Of a stretch of DNA of 35,976 nt, positions 35,902 through 35,976 are shown piece after piece. The translations under genes and the position numbers were made by a program. The notes beneath the pieces are model-generated. The model worked only from the letters and a program-made list of their open reading frames with translations, had not been told where the DNA came from and did not search any database. The stretch is from Myxococcaceae bacterium (GTDB lineage: Bacteria > Myxococcota > Myxococcia > Myxococcales > Myxococcaceae). Every line of letters starts with the position of its first letter. The first letter of the stretch is position 1. Where the stretch lies: contig DASXGF010000271.1 of assembly GCA_036489275.1 (NCBI GenBank), positions 1 through 35,976 on the forward strand, read 5' to 3'.

Positions 35902-35976
35902 ATGCGAGAGGCCGCCCGCCTGCTGCCGTCCCTGCTGCTGCTGTCGGGCGCCATGGCCATCGCGCAGGACGCGGGC
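35902..35976 (+). CDS. 5' fragment of a secreted protein (runs off the window)
   Basis: ATG at 35902 downstream of GAGGGAGGG. It encodes MREAARLLPSLLLLSGAMAIA|QDAG, a plausible signal peptide. Only 25 codons are visible. Confidence 0.35.
   Translation, partial: MREAARLLPSLLLLSGAMAIAQDAG

Overview
Very GC-rich bacterial chromosomal window; third codon positions in the real genes are almost all G/C. The gene content looks like Myxococcota (PEGA-domain envelope proteins, a Myxococcus-like CspA, D/A/G-rich linkers). That taxonomic call is inference only, since no database search was possible. I support about 30 protein-coding genes and find no tRNA, rRNA, CRISPR array, transposase or integrase. 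Most of the window is housekeeping or envelope proteostasis: sucA-sucB (2-oxoglutarate dehydrogenase E1/E2), a cold-shock protein, an InhA-type FabI, clpS-clpA, HtrA/DegP, a DPP-IV-type S9 peptidase, a Tat-exported asparaginase-2 (Ntn) hydrolase, DJ-1/PfpI, an MFS pump, a TlpA-like thioredoxin lipoprotein, an NHL-repeat thioredoxin-like protein, a class-III aminotransferase, GNAT enzymes, a macro-domain protein and a LuxR-type regulator. The least explained part is 23.4-30.9 kb. It holds two tandem paralogous large lipoprotein-like genes (771 and 1230 aa) with eight conserved cysteines and no family I can name. The larger one carries an extra Ig-like plus beta-helix module, and a PEGA-domain membrane protein is transcribed divergently from it. 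Other observations worth a second look are a FemAB-like (DUF482-type) transferase-fold gene tightly coupled upstream of clpS-clpA, a perfect 54-bp direct repeat in the clpA 3' intergenic region next to a probable leaderless small acidic ORF, a PEGA protein with a C-terminal beta-barrel-like domain, and a response regulator whose receiver domain has lost its phosphorylation residues. The many long R/G/P/A-rich ORFs in the six-frame track are antisense or off-frame shadows typical of high-GC DNA and were rejected.
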